DNA from: the human T2T-CHM13v2.0 reference genome, Homo sapiens
Direction: 5' to 3' (one strand)
DNA length: 64,000 bases
Assembly: GCF_009914755.1 (NCBI RefSeq)
Contig: NC_060934.1
Positions 45,061-63,779 of this stretch are shown piece by piece (the stretch's first letter is position 1; each line of letters begins with the position of its first letter). Below the pieces are notes generated by a model. The model worked only from the letters and a program-made list of their open reading frames with translations, was not told where the DNA came from and made no database searches. Made by a program: the position numbers and the translations under genes.

Positions 45061-46325
45061 ATTTTTATCACTATTTGAAATTACATTTATACAATAATTT
45101 GTTTATCATTATTGTTCAGCATAGCATCCCCTATATTTAATCACAATTGATTAGTAAGTTTCCATTAATATATTATTAAATGAATGAACAAATAGGTCTG
45201 AGGAAATGAAGTAAAGATAAATAGATTTTATATTGTCGGCTACCCTGTGCTATCGTCAGACAAGGGCCTACACTGTAGAGACTCCTGGGTCCAACCAAAA
45301 TCTCAGACAACTTTTTATTATTCCTTCTTTTAATTTATCATTTGGTCTTTAATCTTTTCAGCTACTTCTTTCCTTTAGTGGTTGTAATTTTTTTCCCTTG
45401 ATTTCTGTATTTTGGTATTCCATGCAATTGTTAAGAACAAAACAAAATAAAACCAAAAGAAACAAACAAAAACACCCTGATGCTTTTCTTCCTGTAATAC
45501 TACTAGTTGAGAATAAATTTGAATTTTGTCATTATTTTATTTCCATTTTTCAAGTTATTAATAAGGTTGAATAATTTTTCTTATGTTTCTCGGAAATTTG
45601 TTTTTACTCAAGAAGCAATTTGAGCCCTGATTTCCTTTCCTGGTTCCCTGACAGCACACTCTACAAGTTGCTGTGGGAAGCTTGAAGACTGGCATACAGA
45701 AAGCATGGTTGCAGTGTTCTCAGAACTGAGGCCCAACCTTTTCTTCCTAACCTCTTCCCCTATTCTGAACGCTAGAATCCCTTTCTTCTCCTCTCCCCTT
45801 TCTCCATGATATAAGCCATTGACTTAAAACCTTGTCCTACCAACTTAGACTGCTTTACTTTATATTTCTCCTTTTCAATCCTCCTACTGGAGAAATTCAG
45901 GCCAAAAGAACTCAAGTTGCATTCACGAGATTCTACTTATCTTTCCTCATCTTATTGTTATACCTATTTTATTTTTATTTGCATTCCATTCTTTAAATGA
46001 TCTTTCATTTGTTAACATATACACATTTTAAGCTTATTATCAATTAATGCTTGTTCTTTATATTTTAGGGCTCATATTACCAGGTTTTAAATGTTTTGTT
46101 TTATTAACTTGGGCCTTTTATTTTATTTATCTTAACTACATCTTCTTTTTAATCGTTTGCATTCTGTACATTTCATATTTTAACTCATTCAAGTGTCTTA
46201 ATAATTATGAAAGGTATTTAAAAAGATGCTAGATACAAAATAAAAATTACATATTCATTCAAATGCATCCATGTGTAATTTTGTTCTTTAAGCAATAATT
46301 ATCTTTAATTATATTTTGTTCTGTA

Positions 46326-46635
46326 TTTTATTTTTTATTTTATTTTACTTTATTTGAGACAGGGTCTTTCTCTGTTTCCCTGGCTAGAGTGCAGTAGCAA
46401 AATCACAACATGCTCTAACCTCCACCTCCTGAGCTCAGGTGATCTTCCCACCTCAGCCTCCAGAATAGCTGAGACAATAGGTGCACCCACAAAGCCTGAT
46501 TAATTTTTGTATTTTTTGTAGAGATGGGATTTTGCCGTCTTGCTCAGGTTGTTCTCAAACTCCTGAGTTGAAGTGATCCACCTGTCTCGGCTCTCAAAGT
46601 GCTGGGATTACAGGCTTGAGCCACCATACCTGGCC
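46326..46635 (-). mobile_element. AluJ
   Basis: gagacagggtct, tcctgagctcaggtgatcttcccacc. Confidence 0.92.
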
Positions 46636-49600
46636 TATTTAGTCTACTTTAAATTGCAAACATCCACTTATCACTCTCCCTTCTTTGTTCTAACGTGTAC
46701 CGTGTAGAATATTACAAAACACAGAGACACATACAACTGAAATTAATACACATAATGTATGTTTTTTTATCTTTTTGTTATGTATGTATATACATTTCAA
46801 ATTCGTACTAATGTTATCATATTTGGCAGGTCTGAAAATGGAAATATTCTCTCCTATATCATATTGCATCGTGTGTGTTCTAGAAAGGTCACTTATGGAG
46901 GCTAGTATTCATTTTAGAAAGCATGCTATCAGTGTTCTTCATTCTGCCTATTGGATGGATTGAACTTCACAAAACCCTGTCTTTCACTTAACACTAGTTA
47001 GATACAAGATTAAATTTTGATAAATGTTTGATTCCCAGAGTAGCTTGTCTATGAGAACATTTCAGTTGACAGCATGAATCACTCATTAAATCAGGTATTG
47101 AATCACATAAAACCACAAAGCAGAGCAGTTTCCAACGGTAATTAAATCACGGTCCGTGAAATCACGTTCTAGAGCTGGAGCTAATTACTGCTTTCTGTGA
47201 CTACTGCTGCAACATGGTCACTGGAGCACAGGAATAAAGTCAATACCGGATTTACCCAAAGTTAGATGGTTTTTAAGAGTTAATATGTGGAAAGTTCTGA
47301 AATGTGTGGCTGAAGACCATGTGACTATATAAAAAAAGGAGGCCATAGTACTTTAAAAACCTTCCTACCAACCCATAAAAATATGAAGTGACTGATAACT
47401 ACAAATGTTGTCATTTATAATATATATATTTTATGCCCACTTTATGTCCACTGTCTATGTTGCTCAAAGACAATCCATATTTCACTTTTCTATCTGCCAC
47501 TACATTAATTCTATGGAGAGAATATAATAAATGCCAAGTTATTATCTAACAAATGGACAACTCAATATATGCCATTATTTGAATTTTAATCCATTATAGT
47601 TGCCTACTTAGCATCAATTGTGCTAAACAAAATACATTATTTGAGAAAGCAAGGGGTAACTCAGATGAACAATAGATAAATAATTAAAATGTATATCTGC
47701 AAAGTCACAAAGGCTTATTCCACTGTATGTCTCTTGCCAGCTGTGTGAAGATCTTAGGAAGGCTGAATGCCTGTTTAGAGTTACAAATTTTCTTGCTTAT
47801 AATTCTGATATTTTCTGACATTACTGACATTAATCTATATTTGAGAGAGATGTAATGAAGTTTAAGAACATAATGCCTGTAAAATACTTAGCAATTGAAA
47901 CACAGGCACTGATAAATATTGCTGGACATACAATAAGCACCTAATAAATGTTATTTAATGATCTTGTTGAAACAATCATAATATTGCATGCGATTTTAAA
48001 ATTATAGACATAATTTTAAATAGAATAGATGAATAGAAATAATATCATAAAACTGAGGCTAAATATCCACTTGGTAATGCAAATGTTTCTGAATGTATTG
48101 TCATACAAAAAATTAAAAAAAAAATTAGTTGAATTGGAACAACTTATTCCTGATTACATATTCCCACTGTTCAGCTCTACTGCAGATTGTATCACCATAG
48201 AGTTCAATGTAATAATAGAATACACATAAAATAAAGCACTACAGTCTCATATGATTCGTGAAAATATTATGCTTTTTAGAAATTTCCTTTTCAATTTTCT
48301 CACCTATTACTACATTAAATAGTCTCAGTTTATTGATCTGGGCAAGGAGGGTTAACCCAAGCACTGATATCATATATGAATCATTACTTTATTCAATGTG
48401 CACAAAAGTATTTATTGATATTATTAATCAAATGGCATTTTTCCTAAATTGATTTGGTTTATAATATTAGGAAGGTTTAGGTTTGAAAACTGAAGGCCTA
48501 CACTTACTATTGCTCACTTACTATCTGCATAACCAAGTGCAATGCCTTAGTTTCCACATCTCTAAATTGAAAGGAAAACACAAACATGTAGTTTGGGTTT
48601 ATATTCAAAGTCAAATGAGCTAATTTTGTGAAAGGACCAAGTATTATGTATAATTAATTTATACAATATATTATAGATCACAAAATTCTAAGAAATATAT
48701 AGATAATTCATATTTCTCTGAATTTCATATAGGTGCCAGCAAAAATAGGTTTAATGAATACCTTTCACAAGAAAAATGGATAATAGGGGAAGCAAAATAA
48801 AATGAGAAGAAAATTAGAAAACAATTGTTTTCAAAAAAACGATTTTATATGCTAAGAAGTTTCTCATGGACTAATAGTATTTGATAGTGTTTTTGAAAAA
48901 TAAAACTAATTGTAGTTGATACAGGAGAAAAAACAATACAATGAAGAAGTGATAGCCATTTCAACTTAGGGCATATAGTTATGGAGTAACTGAACACCAC
49001 ATCAAAAAAAAATGGAATCTAGGCACAGGCCTTAGACTTTCACAAAAACAAAATAAAAATTAATCACAGTCCTAAATGTAAAATGCAAAATTACAAACTT
49101 CCTAGAAGAAAAAAAGGAGAAATTCTCGATAACTTTGGGGTTGGCAATGATTTTTTAGATACAAAGCCAAAGGCAAATTCTATGAAAAAAATTGATGAAC
49201 TATACTATATTGATATTAAAATTTTCTGTTCTCCATAAGACAATGGCAAAAAAATGAAAATATAAGTCACAGATAATATTTGAGAAGACACATCTAATAA
49301 AGTAATGTTAGGCAAACATACATAGAAACTTTAAAAACTCAACAAAAAGTAAGACATCCAATTTATAAAAAGCGAAAAACCTTAACACTTCACCAAGGAA
49401 GATACATAGTTGTCAAATAAGAATATGAAAAGACATTCCACATCATATATCACAAAGGAAATGCAAATTAGAACAACAAGTAGATGCTACTATATACATT
49501 TTGGAATGGTCAAAACCCAGAACATTGATTATGCTGGCAAGGACATGGAGAAACAAGAACTCCCTTTCACTGCTGGTGGAAATGCAAAATGTTATAGCCA

Positions 49601-49864
49601 CTTTAGAAGACAGTTTGACAGCTTTTTACAACATTAAACAGCCTTCACCGTATGATCTAGCAATCACACTCCTTGGTATTTACCCAAAGGAATTAAAAAC
49701 TTTCATTCATAGAAAACCTGCACAAAGATGTTTATAGAACCTTTATTCATAATTACCAAAATGTGGAAGCAACCAAGATGCCCTTCAGTAGATTAATGGA
49801 TAAACTGTGCTACATCTAGACAATGGAATATATTACTCAGGGCACTAAAATGAAATTAGCTACT

Positions 49865-50184
<320 letters not shown>

Positions 50185-50201
50185 GAAATTAGCTACTAAG
50201 C

Positions 50202-50563
50202 TGCAATGGACTAATCTTTCTTCTCCAAAATGTCAACATTCAAATATTAAATCCTTACCCCAAGGTGATGGTATTAAAAGGTGGGGTTTTGGGAAGTGAT
50301 CAGGTCATGAGTGGAGCTCTCATGAATGGGATTAGTGCCCTTATAAAATATTCCCAAGATAACTCTTTTGTCCTTTCCACCATATGAAGACACAATGAGA
50401 AAGTACTCTCTATGAATCAGAAAGCTGGTCCCACTGACATCAAATCTGCTGTTACCTTTATCTTGGACTTTCCAGCCTCCCAAACTGTAAGAAATAATTT
50501 TTGTTGTCTATAAACTACCCAGTCTATTGTATTTTGTTATAGCCATCAGAATAGACTAAGACA
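50202..50563 (+). mobile_element. MLT1A-type solo LTR
   Basis: TG...CA termini; aggtgatggtatt, atgaatgggattagtgcccttataaa, gactaagaca; TSD taagc/tgagc. Confidence 0.9.
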
Positions 50564-51645
50564 TGAGCTATGAAGAGAAATAAGCAAGTATATTACTAAG
50601 AAGCCAATATGAAAATGTTACATGCTGTATGATTCCACCTATATGACATGCTGGGAATGTCAAAACTATGGAGACAGTGAAATGATCAGTAATTGCCTGA
50701 GGTTGAAGGGAAAGATGGATAAATAGGCAGAGCACAGAGGATTTTTAGGGTAGTGAAACTATTCTGTATGATGCTATAATGGTAGACACATGTCAATATA
50801 AATTAGTCCAAACCCATATAATGTACAGCACTGAGAATGAACCCTAAGGTAAACTGTGGACTTTGGGTGATAACGAAGTATTACTATAGACTCATCAATT
50901 GCAACATATGTACCACTCTAGTGGAGGATATTGGTAATAGTGGAGGTTGTGCATTTTTGGGGCAGGGATATATGGGAAATCTCTGTACCTTCCTCTCAAT
51001 TTTGATGTGAATCTAAAACTGCTTTAAAAAATCTTTAAAATGATAGTGGCCAATATTTTTGGACACTATAATAAAAGATGTATGTGAATTGCCTCATTTA
51101 TCCCCAAAACAACCCTATGAAATACATATCATTTTGAATCTCATCATTATGAGCCCCATATTGGCTTTACAATACCTCAGTTTCAGAACAGCTATTCAAA
51201 TTGTCCAAGGGAACATTTGGTAAATTGTCCACTCAAACTTGTGTTGTGTGACTCCAAAATCCATACTTTTAATCTCTATAATTTACTATGCCTCTATTTT
51301 TTGTTAACTGAAAATGTACATAAGTAGACTCTCCTAATAATTTTCTGAATAATACTTTCTACAACTTAAAAAACCTGGACGTTTTATAAAATACAGTTTC
51401 TCTTAGCCAGTAAAATTTTTCTAGCAGTGTCATATAAAGTCATTATAAAGCAGTGGCATAGTATATCTCAACATTCCTAATCTCTCTATTTTTTCCTCTC
51501 ACATTTCAATTCTGAAACAATATATCTGTCACTTGTCAGGGTGGTAGTGAGAATACAATTTTATATAAACATTGAAACTCTCTGCAGAATATAATTTTAT
51601 TGTGCCATTTTTCCCTCATACTAGTTGTAAGGCACTAAAGAATGG

Positions 51646-51709
51646 ACATGGGGAGAATTACCATCTTTATCTGTATACATGGGGAGAATTACTATCTTTT
51701 TTCTGTATA
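51646..51709. repeat. 31-bp tandem duplication
   Basis: acatggggagaattac.atcttt..ctgtata twice. Confidence 0.9.
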
Positions 51710-53389
51710 TGTGTGCATGTTTGTATGTATTTCTGTTGAAGAGGGCATATTTCTTGTATTATTAAAATTAATTGGCAGGTTTACTGAAAAGTAGAACCAA
51801 CAGATATGCATAAACATTATAAATCACATTAACAGTATTCAAATCAACCTGTTTATTTCATTTTATGATATTACAAGTCAAGCTCCCCATAAAGCTGTCC
51901 AAATTATTTCTGCATTCACACATACTTCATAATCTGACACTCAAATAAAAAGATTCATGCTTCTGGGACTCCAAAGTTATCAGAAGGTAAACAAACAACT
52001 AGTAGAAAGTATGCTGTTTATCCTGTGATAAAGGCTGTTGGCTTGAATATTTCACATTTTGCTGGGATCAAATCAGGATATTAAATATTTTGTTTCATGC
52101 CTTTAGATGAAGCAATCCTGAGTCAAGCTATGCAGCATGATCATGTTATGTACAAGGAATAGTTCCTATTTTGCCAGGTTTCTACAGTTGTGAGAATCTA
52201 AGTAGAGAAGCACTTCCAGAAAGCAATGGGAAAATATTAGTCACCATAAATACATATGGAAAAATCTCCTAATGAAAAGATTCTCAAGCAAGTGTTCTAT
52301 TAGAGATTATTTTTGACTCTTCTTAGGGCCTGACATACAAGTAATTATCTAGGAGTTACTGCTACTAGCACTATAATTACTACCACTACTGCTACTTGTG
52401 TAAATGACTGGATTTACTCATCAAAATAACTTAATTGATTGACACTTTCAACAGATTTAATAGATTATCTGACATCCTGTAGATAAATGCAAAGTCTGCT
52501 GCTACCTTTCCTTTCAGCCATGGTAGTGACAATGTAACATCATGCCTGAAATCCCTTGCACGTGCCTGAAAAGCACACATGTGTGCACACAAAGGTACTC
52601 ATATTAGGTTGGAGCATATAATCTCTATTATATGCTGAGAAAAAAATTGAAATCATTGTCATTTAATTAATAAGTGTCTAGTTTCTGCACCTCTGATTCT
52701 TAAAATATAACTTTTTTTTTCACTGAGGGGATAGCTACTTATACTAAAATACCTAAATCTGTTAGCAGCATATTTTTCTCAAAAAGGTACTATGAGCCAA
52801 AAGACCTAGGATGTCAAAAGCAAATCAAGCATAATGTAGTTACGAGTTTCCATTTACTTCTAATTCTCTTCATCAGTAAAGCTTTGTGATAATTTTGATA
52901 GTACCAATTTATACTTGTGAAGCAAATGAAAACAAAGACATTTTAACTGTGAGTGAAAATAACAAAGGTGCTAAACTATTATCATTTGAGACATCACAAG
53001 CACAAACGATTATTTTTGGGTGACTTTTTAACAGGCTCCCAAATCATTATCACAATAAATAGAATATTTTAAAAAATCTCAATGAGATATTATTTTTCTT
53101 TATCATCTGTCCTCTCCTTGCAGTTTAATAGCAAAATATCTGGATGAAAGATGAAAATATTCAGCCAGCTAATTAGAAGGGCTGTCCACAGGAAGCTCAG
53201 CAATAGGACTTGTCTACAGATGTGAGACACAAATAAGAATCACAATTTAAAAATAGAAGACAAATAATGTCACTGCCCTGATTTCTTGCTACATTTAAAA
53301 TAAATACAAATTCCATATCTAGAAATAAAGTTTCCTGTCTATAGCTCTGATCTTATCTCCTACCATCTACTTCCAATCCCCATTCTTAT

Positions 53390-53820
53390 CCTCTAGCACA
53401 ATGTCCTAATCTGTTCCTCAAATTATTGAACTCCTTTTCCCCTTTCATCTAACCAGAAAATGTAATGCTCACCCTTTCCCCCAGTTATGGTAATGTTGAC
53501 TTTGAATCATTCAGGTTTCGGTTCAAAGGTCCCCTCCTTAGAAAGGTCCTGTTGTATGACTCTACAGTAAGGCAACCTCAGCACTATCCAGTCACTATCA
53601 TGTCTATCACTTTGCTTTGACTTTCTTCAAAACACATACTGTTGGCTTAAATAGTCTTGTATGTATCTGTTTACATGCTTTTTAACTGTTTTACCACTCT
53701 ATGAACCCAGGAGAGTAGATACTGTTTCCTTACCAATGCCCTTCTGCCCAGCATCTAGAAGAGCTCCTAGAACTTTTAAGAAGTCAAAATTATTTGTGAA
53801 ATAAGTGAAATAACAAAAAT
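53390..53820 (+). mobile_element. L2 3' fragment
   Basis: tcattcaggtttcggttcaaaggtcccctccttagaaagg...cccagcatctagaa. Confidence 0.65.
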
Positions 53821-54457
53821 AGTGGATTCTTAGTATACTGTTAATAAAAACTAAAGCTCCATTAGAATAGTTAGACCAGTTTATTTATAGTCTATGCTGT
53901 TTGTTTAGTTTTCTACAAGTTCTTTGGCTTGTCTTTCTCCTTCTTAAACTTTAAAGTTCTCTAGACAATGCTCAGATACGTGCTATTTCATACCGACTAA
54001 GAATAATTTGGTTAAATGGAGATTAAAAACTATGTCGTGATTGTGATTCAGTTTTTATTACTGTTATTGATTGCTTTGGTCAAAATACAAAGGCCACTTT
54101 ATACATACAAGTCCCACTATTCCCCAAACACAGTATTTTCCATAATTTATTAATTTTTATTTACACATTTATTTTTGTTCACATATGTCAGGAATTTTTT
54201 TTGCTTTATTTATATGCTATTTACTTATCACAAAAATTGTCAGCTTATTATATTTTTAATCGACGTATAAGGGTATTTTCTTAAAACTTTTTTTTTCTTA
54301 ACAGCGGTTCTCTCTTATTTCTCCCTTAATATCTGTTTCTTTCACCAGGATAAATGTGTGTGATTTTATTTTAATTTTTAATAAAAGAATCAATTCTCTG
54401 GTTAATCAGTTCTACTTTTTTAAATTAATTAATTTATATTTAAGTTTTTTACTGTTC

Positions 54458-54954
54458 TCTTGGGATTGATTTGTTTTATTCTAAGATCTGTAAGTGAATG
54501 CAAAAGTAACATTTATTTTTTTTTAATTTGAGTTGTTTCTAATTAGAGATTGGATTGTTAATTTGATATGCAGTGTTCTCTGTATCACATTTTATAAATA
54601 TTGTTCCTTTCTCTCAAAACTATTTTTTTAAGTTTTCACAAATTACATGAGGCTTTTATTTTATTTTATTAATTTATAAATTTATAGTCTTATTTGTGAG
54701 TCTTGGGATTGATTTATTTTATTCTAAGATCTGTAAGTGAATGCAAAGGTAACTTTTTTTTTAATTTGAGTATTTGAGTTATGTTTCTAATTAGAGATTG
54801 GACTGTTAATTTGATATGCAGTGTTCTCTGTATCACATTTTATAAATATTGTTCCTTTCTCTCAAAACTATTTTTTTAAGTTTTCACAAATTACATGAGG
54901 TTTTTATTTTATTTTAATTTATTAATTTATAAATTTCTAGTTTTATTTGTGAGT
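54458..54954. repeat. Tandem duplication, ~243-bp unit, high identity
   Basis: tcttgggattgattt...ttatttgtgag at 54458-54700 and 54701-54953. Confidence 0.97.
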
Positions 54955-55190
54955 GAATAAAGTTCTAATGTTCAATAGCAGACTACAGTGACTATGCTTA
55001 ATATTTTTTATACTACAAAATAACTAAAATGAGAACTTGAAATTATACTAATACACAAAAATGATAAATATTCAAGCTGTTGTATACCCCAAGTGCTCTA
55101 ACTTGATCATTACACATTCTATGCATGTAATAAACACATCTACTCCATAAATATGTAAACTATTATGTATCAACAAACGAAGAAAAGAGA
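54952..55190 (+). mobile_element. L1MA4-like extreme 3' end
   Basis: gaataaagttctaatgttcaatagcag...aacttgatcattacacattctatgcatgtaa...attatgtatcaa plus A-rich tail. Confidence 0.85.
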
Positions 55191-55265
55191 GACATGAAAG
55201 AGGTGATTTCTCTCTTGACCATGTGAGGATATAATAAAAAGATGGCTGTATACAAACCAGGAAAG
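55191..55265 (+). mobile_element. MLT1 LTR fragment
   Basis: ccatgtgaggata...aagatggctgtatacaaaccaggaa. Confidence 0.7.
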
Positions 55266-57000
55266 GTATAATTATAGTTACTCTAGTCTGCTATCAAACA
55301 TTGTAACTTATTTCTTCTATCTAACTGTATGACTGTACTCATTAACCAACCTCCCTTCATCCCCACAACACTTCTCAGGCTGTAGTATCTAACATTCTAC
55401 TCTGTGTGTCCATGAGATCAAGTTTTTTGGTTCTCATATATGATTGAGAATATGTAGTGTTTGTCTTTTTGTGCCTGTCTCATTTCACTTAATATAACCT
55501 CCAGTTCCATTCACGTTGCTGCAAGTGACATGATTTTATTCTTTTTAACAACAGAATAGTATTCCATTATGTATATATACCACATTTTCTTTATTCACTC
55601 ATTCATGGGTAGACACTTAGGTTGATTCCATATCTTTGTTATTGTGAATAGTGGTTTGACAAATATGTGAGTGCAGGTTTCTCTTTGGTATATTGATTTA
55701 TTTTTCTTTGAATAAATACCCAAATACCCAGTAGCGGAATTGCTGGATAATGTGATAGTTCTATTTTTTTTTTTTTTTTGAGAAACTTCCATGCTGTTTT
55801 CTATGGTGGTTGTACTAATTTACATTACCACCAACAGTGTATAAGAGTCTAATTTTCTCCGCAACTCTGCCAGCATCTGTTACTTTCTGTCTTTTTAATA
55901 ACAGTCATTGCAACTGGGGTAAGATTATATTTTATTGTGGTTTTCATTTGCATTTCCCTGATGATTAGTGATGATGAGCATTTTTTCATAAGCCTGTTGG
56001 CCATTTGTATGTCTTTTTTTGAGAAATGTTTATTCGTGTCCTTTGCCAATTTTTAATGCGATTATTTGTTTTTTACTGTTGACTTGTTTGAATTTCTTGT
56101 ATATTCTGAATATTGTTCTCCTGTAAAACAGGTAGTTTCAAAATATTTTCTTATATTTAAAAAGTTGTCTCTACAGTCTGTTAGTTTGGCTGTGCAGAAT
56201 CTTTTTACTGTAATGTAGTGCATTTTGTCCATTTTTGTTTTATTTGCCTGTACTTTTGAGGTCTTAGCTGTAAATTCTTTGCCTACTCTAATGTCCTGAA
56301 GAGTTTTTCTTATGTTTTTTGTTATATCTTTGCATCAACATAATACTTGTATAGTTTCAGATCTTATGTTTAAGTTTTTAATCTATTATGAGTTTATTTT
56401 TGTATATGATGGGAGATAGGGGTCTAGTTTTATTCTTCTGCATGTAGTTATCCAGCTTTCCAAGATAAATTCATTAAAGAGACTGTCCTTTCCCCAGTGA
56501 ATTTTCTTGGCAATTTTATCAAAGATCAGTTTCCTGTAAGCATGTAGATTTCATTTTGTGTTATCTATTCTCATTTATGCATACATTTTTATATAAATGC
56601 CATGCTCTTTTGTTCACCATAGGCGTGCACTATGCTTTGAAATAAGGTAGTATGATTCCTTCAGCTTTGTTTTATTTTGCTCAGGATTTCTTTGGCTCTT
56701 CTGGATATTTTTTTGTTTCAAATGAATTTTAGGATATTTTTTATTTCTGTGAAAAATGATAGTGCTATTTTCATAGGGATTACATTAAATCTATATATTT
56801 CTTGGGGCAGTATGGTCATTTTAATATTAATTCTACCACTCCAAGACCTTGGATGTCTCTCCATTTGTTTGTATTCTCTTCACTTTCTTTCATCATTGTG
56901 TGTGTGTGTGTGTGCGTGCACGTGTGTGTGTTCCCTACAGATCTCTTTCACCTTTTTGATTAAATTTATGAGTAAGTTCTCTTTTTTGTAGCTATTGTAA

Positions 57001-57327
<327 letters not shown>

Positions 57328-57616
57328 TGTATTATCTTTTTGATGTTCTGTTAGATTTGGTTTGCTGGTATTTTGTTTTTTTTTTTTTCATGTTTAAAAT
57401 AACAATTTTTTTTTATACTTTAAGTTTTAGGGTACATGTGCACAATGTGCAGGTTACTTACATATGTATACATGTGCCATGCTGGTGTGCTGCACCCATT
57501 AACTCGTCATTTAGCATTAGGTATATCTCCTAATGCTATCCCTTCCCCCTCCCCCCACCCCACAACAGTCCCCAGAGTGTGATGTTCCCCTTCCTGTGTC
57601 CATGTGTTCTCATTGT

Positions 57617-59279
<1,663 letters not shown>

Positions 59280-59342
59280 AGACCATCGAGGCTACGAAGA
59301 AACTGCATCAACTAATGAGCAAAATAACCAGCTAACATCATA

Positions 59343-61675
<2,333 letters not shown>

Positions 61676-61945
61676 TAAGAATTTTTACATCTATCTTCAT
61701 CAGGGACATTGGCCTGTAGTTTTCTTTCTCGTTGTGCCTTTGTCTGGTTTTGATATCAGAGTAATTCCAGCCTCATAAAATGAGTTAGAGAGAGTTCCCT
61801 CCTCTTCAATTTTTTATAATACTTTGAGAAGAATTGGTATTAGTTATTCTTTATACATTTGGGAGAATTCAGCAGAGAATTCATCTAACCGTAGGCTTTT
61901 TTGGGGGGGAGAATTTTTATTACTGATTTATTCTCACTACTTCTT

Positions 61946-63230
61946 TTAAGTACTACTTTTCCTAATGCTCTTGCTCCCCCCCATCTCCCCCGACCAGGCT
62001 TCAGTGTATGTTGTTCCCCTCCCTGTGTCCATGTGTTCTCATTGTTTAGCTCACACTTGTAAGTGAGAACATGTGGTGTTTGGTTTTCTGTTCCTGTGTT
62101 AGTTTGCTGAGGATAATGGCACCCAGGTCCATCTATGTCCCTGCAAAGTGCATGATCTCATTCTTTTCTATGGCCGCGTAGTATTCCATGGTATATATGT
62201 ACTATATTTTCTTTATTCAGTCTATTATTGATGAGCATTTGGGTTGATTCCATGTCTTCGCTATTGTGAATAATGTTGCAGTGAACATACACGTGCATGT
62301 ATCTTTGTAATAGCATGATTTATATTCCTTTGGTTATATACCCAGTAATGGGATTGCTGGGTAAAATGGTATTTCTGGTTCTAGGTCTTTGAGGAATTGC
62401 TACAGTATCTTCCACAATGGTTGAACTAATTTACATTTCCATCAACAGTGTAAAAGTGTTCCTATTTCTCCACAGTCTTACCAACATCAGTTGTTTCTTG
62501 AGCTTTTAATAATCACCATTCTGACTGGCATGAGATGGTATCTCATTGTGGGTTTGATTTGCATTTCTCTAATGATCAGTGATGTTGAGCTTTCTTTCAT
62601 ATATTTGTTGGCTGCATAAATGTCTTCTTTTGAGAAGTGTCTGTTCATGTCCTTTGATCACTTTTTAATGGGGTTGTTTATGGGGGTTTTTTTGTAAATT
62701 TATTTAAGTTTCTTGTAGATTCTGGATATTAGATCTTTTCAGATGGATAGATTGCAAAAAATTTCTCCCACTCTGTAGGTTGCCTGTTTGCTCTGATGAT
62801 AGTTTCTTTTGCTGTGCAGAAGCTCTTTAGTTTGATTAGATCACATTTGTCTATTTTGGCCTTTGTTGCAATTGCTTTTGGCGATTTCCTCATGAAATCT
62901 TTGTCCATGCCTATGTCCTGAATGCTATTGCCTAGATTTTCTTCTAAGGTTTTTATGTTTTTGGGTTTTACATTTAAGTCTTTAATCCATCTTGAGATAA
63001 TTTTTGTATAAGGTATATGGAAGGGGTCCAGTTTCAGTTTCCTATGGATGGCTAGCCATTTCTCCCAGCACCATTTATTAAACGGGGAATGCTTTCCCTA
63101 TTGCTTGTTTTAGTCAGGTTTGTCAAAGATCAGATGACGTAGATGTGCGGTCTTATGTCTGAGTTCTCTATTCTGTTCCATTGGTCTATGAGTCTGTTTT
63201 TGTACCAGTACCATGCTGTTTTGGTTACTG
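61946..63230 (-). mobile_element. L1PA (roughly PA7-PA10) fragment truncated at both ends, with 18-bp TSD
   Basis: TSD TTATTCTCACTACTTCTT at 61928-61945 and 63231-63248; no poly(T). Confidence 0.92.
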
Positions 63231-63357
63231 TTATTCTCACTACTTCTTATTGATCTATTTCAGGTTTTCTATTTTTTCTTTATCCAAACTTGGTAGGGTG
63301 TGTGTTTTCAGGAATTTTTCCATTTCCTCTAGGGTTATGAGAATATGGTGTTCATAA

Positions 63358-63779
<422 letters not shown>

